Assembly: GCF_009914755.1 (NCBI RefSeq)
Contig: NC_060941.1
Strand: one strand, 5' to 3'
DNA: 64,000 nucleotides
Source of the DNA: the human T2T-CHM13v2.0 reference genome, Homo sapiens
In this document: positions 50,650-64,000 of the stretch, piece by piece
How the letters are laid out: every line of letters begins with the position of its first letter
How positions within the stretch are numbered: position 1 is the first letter of the stretch
Notes under the pieces: generated by a model
What the model was told of the DNA's origin: nothing
Databases searched by the model: none
Seen by the model: the letters and a program-made list of their open reading frames with translations, nothing else
Program-made: the position numbers and the translations under genes

Positions 50650-51140
50650 ATTACTAAGGACTCTTTCAGCTTCACAAGATCAACTCAAACTGGACTAAGC
50701 AGAAAAAACATTATTTTTTCGTGGAATTTATGGCCTCGTTTTACTACAAATGCTTGGAGTACTGGGCTTCAGGCATGGTTAGATCCAGGTGCACAGATGA
50801 TGTCATCACTGATCTATTTCTGTCCATCTCTTGTTCTGCTTTGTTCTCTGTTGGTGTCCTTATCAGACAGATTCCTCTACATCCATCTTTCCAAATCAGC
50901 AACCTTAACAAAAAGAGTGTGCATCCTTTCCAGTAATTCAGGCAGAAGCCCCAGGGCTAATGCTCATTGGTTCTGATGGACGCACTTGAATTATATGCTC
51001 ATCCCTGAATCTGTTGCTGCAACCTAGAGGATGTGATAGTCATATTCACTTCTGAAGCCACATGGCCAGAGAATGGCAAATGGATGGTTCCTCAAAGAAA
51101 AATCAGGGTACTATGCCCAGGGGATAAAATGGGAGATGCT
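50650..51140 (-). mobile_element. Old MLT1 (J/K-like) LTR
   Basis: ggcttcaggcatggttagatccagg...atgatgtcatca...ctcattgg...catccctgaa. Confidence 0.6.
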
Positions 51141-51906
51141 GGGGAAATGCTGGGGAGTCCACGCTGCTCCCTGATGAGTCTGTTTCTGAAGCTGTCTTTT
51201 CTCAATTGGGGGTATGTCAACTCCTAGTTTGGAGCCTCCTTGTCTAGATTCTCTCTTCTAGGCTAGGCAAGATGTCTCCAAAATCTTTCTGGTCATCCCC
51301 TTCACCGCAGTCTAGCCATCCTTCCTCTTTAACTCTGGGTTACAGAGCCCTTATTTGACTCCTCAAATTATTCCCTTTGTTTAGGGAGAAGACCACCCCA
51401 GACCAATGGTCAGCATCTTAGCCACAGTGCTTCTCGGGGCCCCAATTTTATGAAAATCTTTCTCTTCTGCTTTCATGTTGTTCTCCTTTTGCCATCCTGA
51501 CTGCTGGGTCCCTTCTTCCCTTTTATCTATTTTTTGCAAATCTCCCAATCTAGTCCACTGAGCATCTGACATGACCTTTTCCATCAACACTTAACATTAA
51601 CTCTCCCTTGAGTGTCTAGCTTTAGTCTTATTTGCACCCAGTAATTATATTAGAGTGCTGAAATATATTTTATGTAATATTATGTGGTGCTTTATAGTTT
51701 GTATCTCATATGTCCTTTGCATTAATCCTGTGAAGTAGGCAACTGCCCCATTTGCAGAATGAAAAAACCCAACTCAGAGAACATAAGGGTAGGAGAGCTG
51801 AAGGGTAGGCAGAGGGAAGTGGCAGATCCAGGACCTGAAGACCAAGGCCAGCATGTTTCTGTTGAAACCACACAGATGCTCAAATGAGAAGCCAAGCTTA
51901 CTTAAA

Positions 51907-52152
51907 CAGCAGTTTTCAACCGGGGGCCAGTTTTGCACCCCAGAGAACCTTTGGCAATGTATGAAGATGTTTTTGATCATCCCAACTTGGGGATGATGTC
52001 AGTTTACTGGCAACTAGTGGGTAAAAGTCAAGAATGTTGCTAAACATCCTACAATGCACAGAGCAATTCCCCCCTTCCCCAACCACCATCACACACACAG
52101 CAAAGAATTATGCAGCCCCAAATGTCAGTACTGCCCAGGCTGAGAAATCCTG
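51907..52152 (+). mobile_element. MER20 hAT-Charlie MITE
   Basis: cagcagttttcaaccggggg...tttggcaatgt...gctaaacatcctacaatgcacag...tgagaaatcctg. Confidence 0.88.
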
Positions 52153-53501
52153 GCTTAGGAGCATTCAAAGAATAGGGGTTTCCATCCATAGCTCCTAATG
52201 GCCTTTTTTTCTGTCCTCAGCTACAGGCAAATGAAATCAGTCATTACCATTATTTCCTCTTTGTCAGAAAGGTCAGAAATATACAGGCCTGGATACAAGA
52301 GTCAGGGGAGAAGGACATCCCTTCTTGCCAGCCTCTCCAGGTCTTCCCATGACCAGAGGATGCCAAGGCATTGGCCTGCGCTCATAGTTCCTGGGTAGAG
52401 AGACCTTGTAGATGCATAGCGTGGGGCTGCAGAGTACCCGAGAAGGTGGAGGCAAAAGTTGGGGAGAGGAGCAGAGCAGAGTGGTGAATAATCACAACGG
52501 TGGAGGCGGTGACATAAAGTCCAATTGCAGACACTGAGAGGGAGTAAGAGAAGAGGAAAAATGAAGGAGAAGCAGGGAGCAAGAAGGGACATGGAGACAA
52601 AGGGGACAGAATTCTCCTGCCGATGAAACAGGAGGTGTTTGGAATGAGAAGAGCATTCCAGGTCACCGAGCAGGGAGGAATGAGGCCTCCCTGATGCCTT
52701 TGCAAGCTTCAGGGAGTGCGATTTTAATGTGAGTCTAATTAAGTCAGAAGCAGTTCCCATTATTCACACTCTGCTCCAGCGGTCTCTGAGCCCACATGCG
52801 CTACTACGTTCTGGAGAAGTGCAGCCGGTGGTGACTTCGGATCCATATTCACTGCAGGAAGGAGGAAGGGCAGGCTGGCTCCCAGCCGTGGTGGTCAGAC
52901 CTGAGCCAGAGGCCTTCCTTGGTGTTTCTGGTCTTGTTTCCTCCAGATTGTGTGTAAAGGGAGGGGTGTGTGTTGAAAGGAGTCCCTGTATGGGGCTAAG
53001 AGGCCCAGGGAGGAATGCTCATCTATAGGAGATGTTGAAGTTTAATGACCTTTTGCCCATCTGACTGATGACTCAATGAAGAGAAAGGGTCTTTCCAGGG
53101 GCTTTGTGAGGAATGCAGCAAGCCCTATCTGGGCCATGCCCAGGGCCAACAGGGCAAGCACAGATCTAGGAGGCAAATTCAGGGCTCTTGCCCAATCTCA
53201 GCCTCCCTGACCACAGAAGGAGGAAATGAGACCCTTCAATAGCCGGAGTTCCTTTGGAGCCCCTTCAGCCCAGTGTCAGTGTCGGGTTAGGGGCATCTCC
53301 AACGTCAAGATTCTCTAGAAGAAGTCTGGACTAGGGGCCAGGGAAGTGGGGTTTCTGTAGGGCAGGCCCAGCTCTGTAACTCACTGAATGACCTGGAGGG
53401 GAGTCATATTGTCAACAGAACGGACCAGGAAAGCATTCATGGAAATAATGGCCTCGAGCAGGGATTTTGCCAATAAGAGTTGGGTCTAGAGAGGGAAAGA
53501 A

Positions 53502-53775
53502 TTTTTTTTTAAGAGACAAGGTTTCTCTCTGTTACCTAGGCTGTAATGCAGTGGGCGGTGGGAGGGACAATCACGGCCCACTGCAGCCTTCAACTCACAG
53601 GTTCAAGCAATCCTCTTGCCTCAGCTTCCCAAGTAGCTGGGACTACAAGCGAGTGTCACCATGCCAGCTAACTTTTTTAATTTTTGTGGAGACGGGGGTC
53701 TCACTATGTTGTTACCCAGGCTGGTCTCGAACTCCTGGCCTCAAGCCATCCTCCCACCTCAGCCACCCAAGCATC
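53502..53775 (-). mobile_element. AluJ
   Basis: Antisense; TSD ggaaagaattt. Confidence 0.88.
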
Positions 53776-53973
53776 TGTGGAAAGAATTTCAAGTAAATGG
53801 AACTAGGAGGAAAGCAGCCCCAGAGGTATCCCTTTAGGTTGGACTATGGAGGAGTAATGGACAAAAGGCCTGGAAGAGCCCATTGAGGCCATATGCATAG
53901 GGACTTAAATACCAACTCAGAAATTAGAAAATTTGGTCCAGTGTGTTGTGTACTGAAAGGGAAGCTGGTGAAG

Positions 53974-54278
<305 letters not shown>

Positions 54279-54599
54279 GCTGATGAAGGTTTTTGAAAAG
54301 TGAAGTGTGACGTGAGCAGAGTCTTGGGTGGAATGCGGTGGGGGAGGAGTCTCCTGTTGGATCTTTATGTTCCTCTTGAGCTTTCCAGGAACACCCAGTC
54401 AAAGAAGGATGAGGAGGATGAAGTGCTAAAAGGCCACAGAGGGTTGAGGGTACAGGCTCCAAAATATTCAGCCTCTTAGTGTTCAATCTAGGCTCAATAG
54501 CATCAGTAGTTACAACAGCTTTAAGCTGAATGAACCCTAACCCTGACTCATAAAGACCACTATTGCATTGACCAGCAAGCTACCCAAGCCTTGGTGATT

Positions 54600-54840
54600 C
54601 GGTAGAGAATGGGCTGGTTTAGAAATCATACTGACTTGAGTTTAAGTCTCAGCTCTCCTTTTACCAGCAGTCAGTATTTACTATGTGTAAATCATTTAAT
54701 TTCTCTAAGCCCCCAATTTTATGAATGTTGTCAATCATAAAATTAGGATGATGATGGATTCTTCTCAAGGTTGTTGTAGGGAGTAAATGCATGAAAGTGT
54801 CTTACACATCATGGTGCATGGTGAGGGCTCAGTGAACACT
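54600..54840 (+). mobile_element. MIR
   Basis: gacttgagtttaagtctcagctct...aaggttgttgtagggagtaaatg. Confidence 0.65.
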
Positions 54841-55383
54841 TATGTCTCCTCTCTACCCCTTCCTCCTTGCACGCACTACTGTGTGCATCAAGTGTTGGCA
54901 TCCTGATGGTAGGTTAAGGCAACTGCAACCTCCTCCCTGAAGCCCAGTGCCCTGCATGCACCACTCCTGAACTCAGACCCTAGCACAGGCTCTCTTCATG
55001 CTCAAGAAGTCTTAGGGTTCCCAAGCCCCAATCCCCACTTCTCCTCCCTCTCATCATGTTGCTTGTTTACTGTCCCACACAGTACACTTTCTTCACAGGC
55101 TTCTGCTCCTCTCTTCCCTTCCCCTGTCCCACAGTCTGTCTGTCCTGCCAGCCTGGATCACAGAATCTCAGCGTCAGTAGCAAGGGAACTTGGAGATTGG
55201 CCATCTGTCACTAGGTGTCTTCTTGCAGGTGGGGAACCATTCCCTGATCGCCTCAACACTAACATTTATTCAACTTTTCCATGGAGATAAGGAATGTTCT
55301 GGCTAATGTTTTGGCTAATGATTGCTGTGAGTCCAGAGGACCTCCCTCATTTATATAGCAGGACCACCTCCTGACAACTGTGA

Positions 55384-56088
<705 letters not shown>

Positions 56089-57007
56089 TGAAAACTCTAA
56101 CTAAATTCTGTTCTCCCTTCTATTTTTTTTTTTGACTTGTTCTTTCTTTATACTAATCTCTCATTTGAGTCAAAAATTATTTCACTGGAGAGGTGGTGAT
56201 TAAATCTGATAATTAGGAGAAATACCAATTAAGTCAGGCTCTGCAAGCATAAGGCAGTCCTCATTCACATTGTTATTTGAGACTGTGGCTTAGCAGGGGG
56301 CTTCTGTGTCTTCCCAGCAGGCTCCCAGTCCATATGCTCAGCAGGACTCAGGGACTTATCTCAGGCAGAGCCAAACAGGGATAGGAGCAGAGGGTTTTCC
56401 TCCCCACCCCAGCTTCCCTGATAGCCCCCTCATCCCTGCCACTCTCTTCCTATTTCATTAGCATCCCCTGCCTTAAAGACTCTCATCTGCCCCAGCTCTC
56501 CTCTGCTGTTAATGTCCTTGGCCCAGACCTCTTCCCACATGTGGCTTGCTGCCCGAACCTAGCCCTCCATTCCCTGGTCTCTGTTTTCTGAATTGTTTGT
56601 TACTTATCACCTAGGGTGCTCAGAGGTGTAATGTGCTATTATATTAGCTAAAAGTGAATGTCCTCCGCAGTGCACCTCTGCACACCCACAGAACTTCCAG
56701 TGAACAGGGAGCCTCAGAAAGGGATTGTGAAAACAGTTGCACCAAGTCTAGGGACCTCTTGCATTAGAACTCCTAGGGTTAATTCCCCAAAATAACAGGG
56801 AGTTTATCTGGAATAGAGTGAAAACATAACAGAACTGAGGAAAGATAGGGCTTTAAAATTAGGCTGGAGCCATCAGGGGAAAGCTCTTGGCTGCCAGGCT
56901 GAGGAGTTTCTGCTTATTTTGGAAGGAAATTGTTGGAGGGACATGGACAAAGCTACCCAGGTGATGGGTTAACCCGGTGACAGTGCCAGGCTCGATTCCT
57001 CAGGTGG

Positions 57008-57172
57008 AGCAGTTCTCAATGTTGGCTGTGCATTAGAATCGCCTGGGAAGCTTTTAAAATTCAGTTCCCAGGTTGAATCCTGGACCAATTACATCAAAAT
57101 GTCTGGAGTCGGGAGCCAGCCATTAATATTGTTCAAACTGCCCATCACAGTACAGCCAAACAGGACCACGAG
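57008..57172. mobile_element. MER5A-like MITE
   Basis: gttctcaa...gcattagaatcgcctggg...cttttaaaa. Confidence 0.7.
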
Positions 57173-57176
57173 CCTG

Positions 57177-57311
57177 AGGATGACCTACCTCCTGATGACA
57201 ATGGCCGACCAGGCTACATCCGCCCAGTCATGTGGGGTTTCCTGAGACATGGGACTTCCAGGGCAAAAACCAGGAAAGGCCTGAGCAAGGTGGAATAAGC
57301 TGATCATCCTG
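57177..57311. mobile_element. MER81/MER94-like hAT-Blackjack MITE
   Basis: Terminal aggatgacc / tgatcatcct inverted ends. Confidence 0.5.
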
Positions 57312-58196
57312 CCCCAGTAGATTTCTCAGAGCTCTATCTGGGATAGACCCAAACCTCGGGGTGAAAGCATCTTGCCCACTGCCAACTCTTTGGTGTCTAT
57401 TCATCAAACAGCCTGAGCCCTAGAGTTGGAGAGACCCAGGCTCCACTACGTAGCTGCTGTGTGACTTTGGGCAAGCTGACTGCTCCACCTAGCACTGCTC
57501 TGTTTTTTCCTCTCTCCTTCCTTCTCACCTTTCCTGGGGTTCATAGACTAAGCTGCATTTGTGGGCTGTGTTCTCTAGCATGGGGGCCAGATGAAAACAA
57601 GTCCACAGAAGCCAAAAGAACTGGGGACACTGGACAGGTGACCAGGGGAGAGGGAGGGAAGAGGAGGCCAGCCCACGCAGAGGGGTATGGCTGGCCCAGG
57701 TGTGCTCTGAGCACACATGTGCTCCTTCTGTTTGTTGCAATGCTGGCTGGCAGAATTTTGCAAAGACAAGCCCTGTGTCCAGGGTTTCTTTCAAGTTTCC
57801 TCTTAGGGTGGCTGCCTACCAGTCCATCCCCTAGATATGTCCCAGCCTGGCAGTGACATGAAAACAGTCAGACTGCAAGGATGCAAGGCATCTTCCTGCT
57901 GTTCCTGAAACAGGCCGGCCACCCTGCCATCCCTCTGAGAACTAAGTGGGCGTGCTGGCTCATATATTATGGGCTAACATTCTGTAGGTCCCCTTAGTTT
58001 CAAACCATCAGGGAGTTGATTTATCTATGGAATGTGTAACAGTTGTGCTGTTTTGGCTGCAGGCCAGACTTCTAAATCACACAGTTAGAAGCTGAGGGAA
58101 AGAAGCGTCAATTATCCAGGCTGTCTGCATCTGGAGAAGTCCCAAAATGACCTCTCCCAGAGCAGTTCTTTCTTGTCTGGCCCATCCTTCTATTTA

Positions 58197-58246
58197 TCCA
58201 TTCATCCATCCATCCATCCATCCATCCATCCATCCATCCATCCATC
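58197..58246. repeat. (TCCA)n microsatellite
   Basis: About 12 copies, at the tail of a probable antisense L2. Confidence 0.95.
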
Positions 58247-58670
58247 ACACAACAGATTAATGATGGCCTACTCTGTACCAGACACAATACGGTGCCTGCT
58301 GTCTTAGTACCCAGAGTCTACTTGCAACTACACTTGAGATTTGCCAGGTGTAATCTCCTAGGAACCAGTGGGGCCTCCCCATTAGTCAAACAAGGGTGTC
58401 CAACCTGGTGAGATTTCCAGGTCCACAGGAGAGTGTTCATTCTCTCACATGGTTTTCCTCCAACCAATTTTCTGCCTCCCAAAACTTCTTTAACACCCTT
58501 CCATCCACCACAGGTGAGACTTCAAAGCAAACTCTCCAAGTGCTGCCATCTTGATTAAAATTTACTGTAGGCTAAAAATAACACGGTGGGCTGAAAGAGA
58601 TGTTAGAAACTGTGAAGCTTAGGGTTTACAGTGCCTACAAGGGCTAGGCATAGAACGGGATAGAAGTGGG

Positions 58671-59109
<439 letters not shown>

Positions 59110-60632
59110 CTATGTGACTACATTTTTTCATTTTTCAAGAGAAGATAGGAATCCAGATTTCACACAGATTTTCCCAAGTTTTAAAACAATGGCAGCCAAA
59201 GAAATCCCTTTGCAGACCAGATTCAGTTTGCATGCTGCCTCCCATAAGTTTGGACACTGAGCTACACACTGTAGTGGGGGGACCCCCAGAACCATGTCCT
59301 GGGCCCCTGTAGATTCTCTCCTGAGGACCAGCTCTGCTAGGAGACACCCTGAAGCCTTGACCTGGGGAAAGGAGAAGACAAGACAGTGTCATGGGCCAAA
59401 TAAATGGATGAGGAATGAGGAACCTGCAATCATGGGGGACCAGCCTGGCTTGTGTTCTGAGATTGCTTCTAGAAATTCTGGTGTCTCCGCTATCATTTTC
59501 AAGTGCCGTGATTTTCATCAAACCTGGGGGAGGGAAGGGAAGTGATCTGATTTATGGGTTAAAATAATCACTCTGACTGCTGTGAGGAGAAAGAGGGGCT
59601 GTGGCAGGATCCAATTGAAAACGGGAGGACCACTGAATAGACTACTACAACCATCCAAGCACAAGACACTGGCTGTGGTTAAAGGGCATCAGTCATGGGG
59701 TCTGAGACCGTGTTGAGAATGAGAAAGGCCTCCCTCCTCGACACTTTAGACGAATGTTCTTGAACACAGCAATGAGAAATGCCACTTCAGGGATCAATCA
59801 TACCCTAGCAAACATTTGTTCAAAATCTTTTCCTTGACCCCAAAGCTGGCCATAAATTGTCACCAGTCTTGTTTCCCACAACCTTGGGCTCTCCATACAT
59901 GGGTTAAGCTTCTCACTCCTCATAAGATCTTTCCAGCAGCCACCTTTATTTCCATTCCTTCTGCCTCTAAGGGCTTCCTCCTGGCCTTCTCTGTCTCTCG
60001 CATCCTACGACATCCATTCCTCAATACTGGCTCAGACACCTCCTCACCCCCCAGGCTTGCAGAGCACTCCATTTGAGTTGTTAAAGCCCATTCCTCTCTT
60101 GCTGATTGACAGTACAAGTCATGGCTATACCTACTCCTGGCTTGGAGGTGAGACCTTGAGAGCAGGTATTGGGTTCTCTTTCTTTATATATTCATCCCCC
60201 AGCTCCCAGTAAGTGCTTAATAAATACAGTGTTTTTGGAAGAAAGAGAAGAAAGGAGTGGGAACTGGGGGAATGTTAATTAGTTCTAGCTTAGAAGCTCA
60301 TTGCTCTTCCTCTTCCTGTTTTCTTCCTACCTCAATAGAATCCACAGGTGGGAGATACTGGGGAAGCAGAGGCTCTCAGGATAAACAGGGATGTTGTCTC
60401 CATGATTAAGACTCAGTTCAAGGGAAAGTCCTTTGTAGAGTGTTCACTCCTGATGTATCTTGCACCTTCCCTGAGCTAGTCCTTCCTCCTCCTCCATCCC
60501 CAAACATCTTGGACACATCCATATCCTACTGATCTCACACTCAGAATCATTGGTATGAGTATCTGTCTTCCTGAGGACAGAGCTTGAATCTGTCTTCTAA
60601 GATGTCCTTTAAGAGAGAAGGGAAGTAAAGAG

Positions 60633-60888
60633 TTACATCGAAGGAATATGAACTAGTGTTCAATAATACAGTGGGGTGACTATAGTTAATAATTTGTTGT
60701 ACAGTTCAAAATAACTGGAGGAGAGGAATTGGAATGTTCCCAACATAAAAAGGGGCTGAATGTTTAAGGGGATGGACATCCCAATTGCCCTGGTTTGATC
60801 ATTACACATTATGTCCATGTATCCAAATACCACATGTAACCCTCAAATATGGGCAACTGTTATATATCAATAAACAATAATAATAAAA
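60633..60888 (+). mobile_element. Short L1MA 3' end
   Basis: gtgactatagttaa...gaatgttcccaaca...gatcattacacatt; 17-bp TSD agaagggaagtaaagag. Confidence 0.88.
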
Positions 60889-60944
60889 AGAAGGGAAGTA
60901 AAGAGAAGAGAAGAAGGGGGCGGATAGGAGGAGAAGGGAAGGGC

Positions 60945-61160
60945 TTGGACTGTGGAGCCAGAAAGACCTGGGCTGGACTAGCAGCTCAAACGTGTAATAA
61001 AGGCTGTGGACTTGTAGGACCTACTATCCTTCTCTGAGCCTGTATCCCCATAACAACGAAGGATTTGCTTGATGATTTGGTGAGGTGATGGATAGAAAGT
61101 GCTTAGCACACAGTGCCTGGCATAGAGTCCTCACTCAGTAAGTGTTTGTTTTTGCTACTT
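60945..61160 (+). mobile_element. MIR
   Basis: tggagccagaaagacctgg...aaagtgcttagcacacagtgcctggcatag. Confidence 0.75.
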
Positions 61161-61780
61161 TATTGTCATTATTATTATTAAAAGGGAAAGAGCGAGGCAG
61201 AGGTGGAAGCTGCAGTCACACCACCTTGCTGTGACAAGGGCACCTTATGAGCCTTCAGAGATTGGGCTGGGCTGCACCCTCAGCACGTGGACTGGCTTCT
61301 AAGGATGCATGATGAGCACCCAGCCCACTGAAGCTTAGCTTCTGAAAAGAAGGGCAAGGATGCAAGCCCTAGAACTACCCTGGGGCAGGAAGTTCACCAG
61401 GGCCAGAATTCAGTGCCTCACTGAATTGGGAGAGGCAAGATCTGACACTGAGATGACGGGGTGGCAGTGGCATTGCTGTCCAAGAAGCATCTTCCCTCCT
61501 CATGCAAGGCTAGCATTGAGCAGAATGACGCCACTTGGGGAGTGGACTATAGAGCACCATTATCCCCTTTCAGGACGTTTTATCCTCTATGAAGCACCTC
61601 TTCATGGAACCTCACAAACACACACACAACCTCTGCTTTCTTCCCCCACCTGTCCCACCTAAGTCTCCCATCTCAAGCCAGTGACAGGCTCCAAATATCT
61701 CTCTTCCTTAGCAAAACAACTCCCAGCTAGTTAGCACTTTAGAATAGGCTACTTTATGCTAAAGTGTTAATGGATACTAA

Positions 61781-62214
<434 letters not shown>

Positions 62215-62839
62215 TTGTCCCTCTTAAATAATGGCTATGAGCATCAGCCTGTGGAGCCTGAGACCAAAGCAGACAGTTGGGCAGGGACCCAGGCAGAGGC
62301 CAGAGATGAGAAAAGACATGGAGTGAAGAGAATTCAGACGGGCACACCCTGGCCAAGGGAATCTGACCTCCTGCCATATGTATGCACTCCTTCCCTGCTG
62401 CTCTCCATCCTCAGTCCCCTCACAGATTGCATTCTGATATGGCCTGGAAGCCCCTTCTCACTTACGGGAGGTGTCAGAAGAGGCAGTTTGGAAAAGCAGC
62501 GTCGTGGTGCCCCAGAATGTTTAGAGATGGAAGCCAGATTATGAGGTTGCACAACTCCAATGATGCCCTTCCCATTGCAGTCTCTGTAAATGGTGCCACC
62601 TGCCTGCAAAAGTGCTGTGCATGGCCTGTGTACTCATATAAAGCTGCCCTGGATGGAAGAGGTCTTGGAATACTGGTCAACTTCTCAATTTTGTAGGTGA
62701 GGAAACTGAGGCGCAGGAGTGAACTGACTTGCTCAAGGTTCCATGGTAGTGTCAAGTGGGGACCTCCAGTCCAGGCCACGTTTTAAACCATAGTTTTCCT
62801 GGTTTGTTCAAAAGGCCAAGATACATCCATAGAGAAAGC

Positions 62840-63030
62840 AATCTCCGCTAACAAATACGGTAGCCACTAGGAACATGTGGCTGTTTAAATTTAAATTAAT
62901 TCAAATGAAATCCCATTAAAAATTCATTTTCTGAGTTGCATCAGCCACATTTTGAGTAGTCAGTAGCTACCTGTGGTTGGTGGCTGGTGTGTTGCAATTC
63001 CCATCATCTCAGAAAGTGCTATTGGACATA
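62840..63030. mobile_element. MER3/MER33-like MITE
   Basis: ggtagccactag...catgtggct...tttaaatttaaattaa...gaaagtgctattggaca. Confidence 0.75.
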
Positions 63031-63315
63031 GATGGATTATGGATTATACTTGGGTCTACAGGGAAACTGGAAGGCAAGGCAGAAAGGTTGTTTTTTCCCA
63101 AAGCATAGTGTGCCAGGTACTGTGGTAAGCACTTTGCATGTAGGACCCCATTCAGTCTTTACAAGTGCTGTAAGTGGTGTCATGAGTCCCTTCTTACACA
63201 CGAAACTGCAGCTCAGCAAAACTAAGCAACTTGCCATGAATACATAGCCTGTAAGTGGACTTGAACTCAGATCTGTTTGACTTCAGAGGCCAGGTGCTTA
63301 ATTATTAATCTCTAA

Positions 63316-63605
<290 letters not shown>

Positions 63606-64000
63606 TCCAACAAATTTTTAAAAGTATATAGACCAAAGTGCTGCTGGAGAGCCAAGCAAACAGATGCTATTTTCAAGACAACAAAGATTATGAAGTGGCT
63701 AAAACCAATTACAGGAATTAAGGAGGTTTTTTTAGTACTAGAAGAAAAGACCAAGGCATGACTTAATCCCATTTCTAGGAATGGGAGGCTGCTGGGCAGG
63801 CAGTTGGGCCTCCATAGGTGCTAGAGGCCAGCAATGAGAAAAGACATGGAGCGATGAGAATTCAGATGGCCACAAAGTGGTGCTTCTTGAGCATGGGCAA
63901 CAGAGAAGACAGAGAGAGAGAGAGACAGAGAGAGAAAGAGAGATATGAGTGCTGCCACCCAGAGATATTTAGAGAAAAAGAGCCTCCGGTGACACACTCC

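Noticed and set aside
56284-56305. CTCF-like motif ttagcagggggctt
   Set aside because: Mismatches at several high-information positions of the core.

Overview
Primate (very probably human) non-coding genomic DNA, intergenic or deep intronic. I found no host protein-coding gene, tRNA/rRNA/snRNA, CpG island or CRISPR array, and cannot name the locus. The window is dominated by interspersed repeats: about 32 Alus (J, S, Y types), an ~8.6 kb L1MC1-type fossil (33982-42562) with younger elements nested in it, MaLR/ERVL LTRs, MIR/L2 remnants and hAT MITEs. The only long ORF with a recognisable product is the C-terminal 442 aa of LINE-1 ORF2p, in a 5'-truncated, 5'-inverted L1PA2-like copy. I see no evidence of a new multi-gene system. 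The best leads are: (1) a perfect hairpin with 40-bp arms inside a MIR (2845-2926), a candidate template-switch-born small-RNA precursor; (2) an L1PA8 + unique DNA + MST-LTR block (35527-36695) that looks like an old L1 3' transduction ending at the LTR poly(A) signal; (3) a twin-priming L1 inversion; (4) a perfect 20-bp ETS-motif minisatellite; (5) a (CG)7(CA)n Z-DNA tract; (6) an unexplained 52-bp direct repeat. Subfamily names are by-eye matches to remembered consensus sequences and need RepeatMasker/Dfam confirmation.
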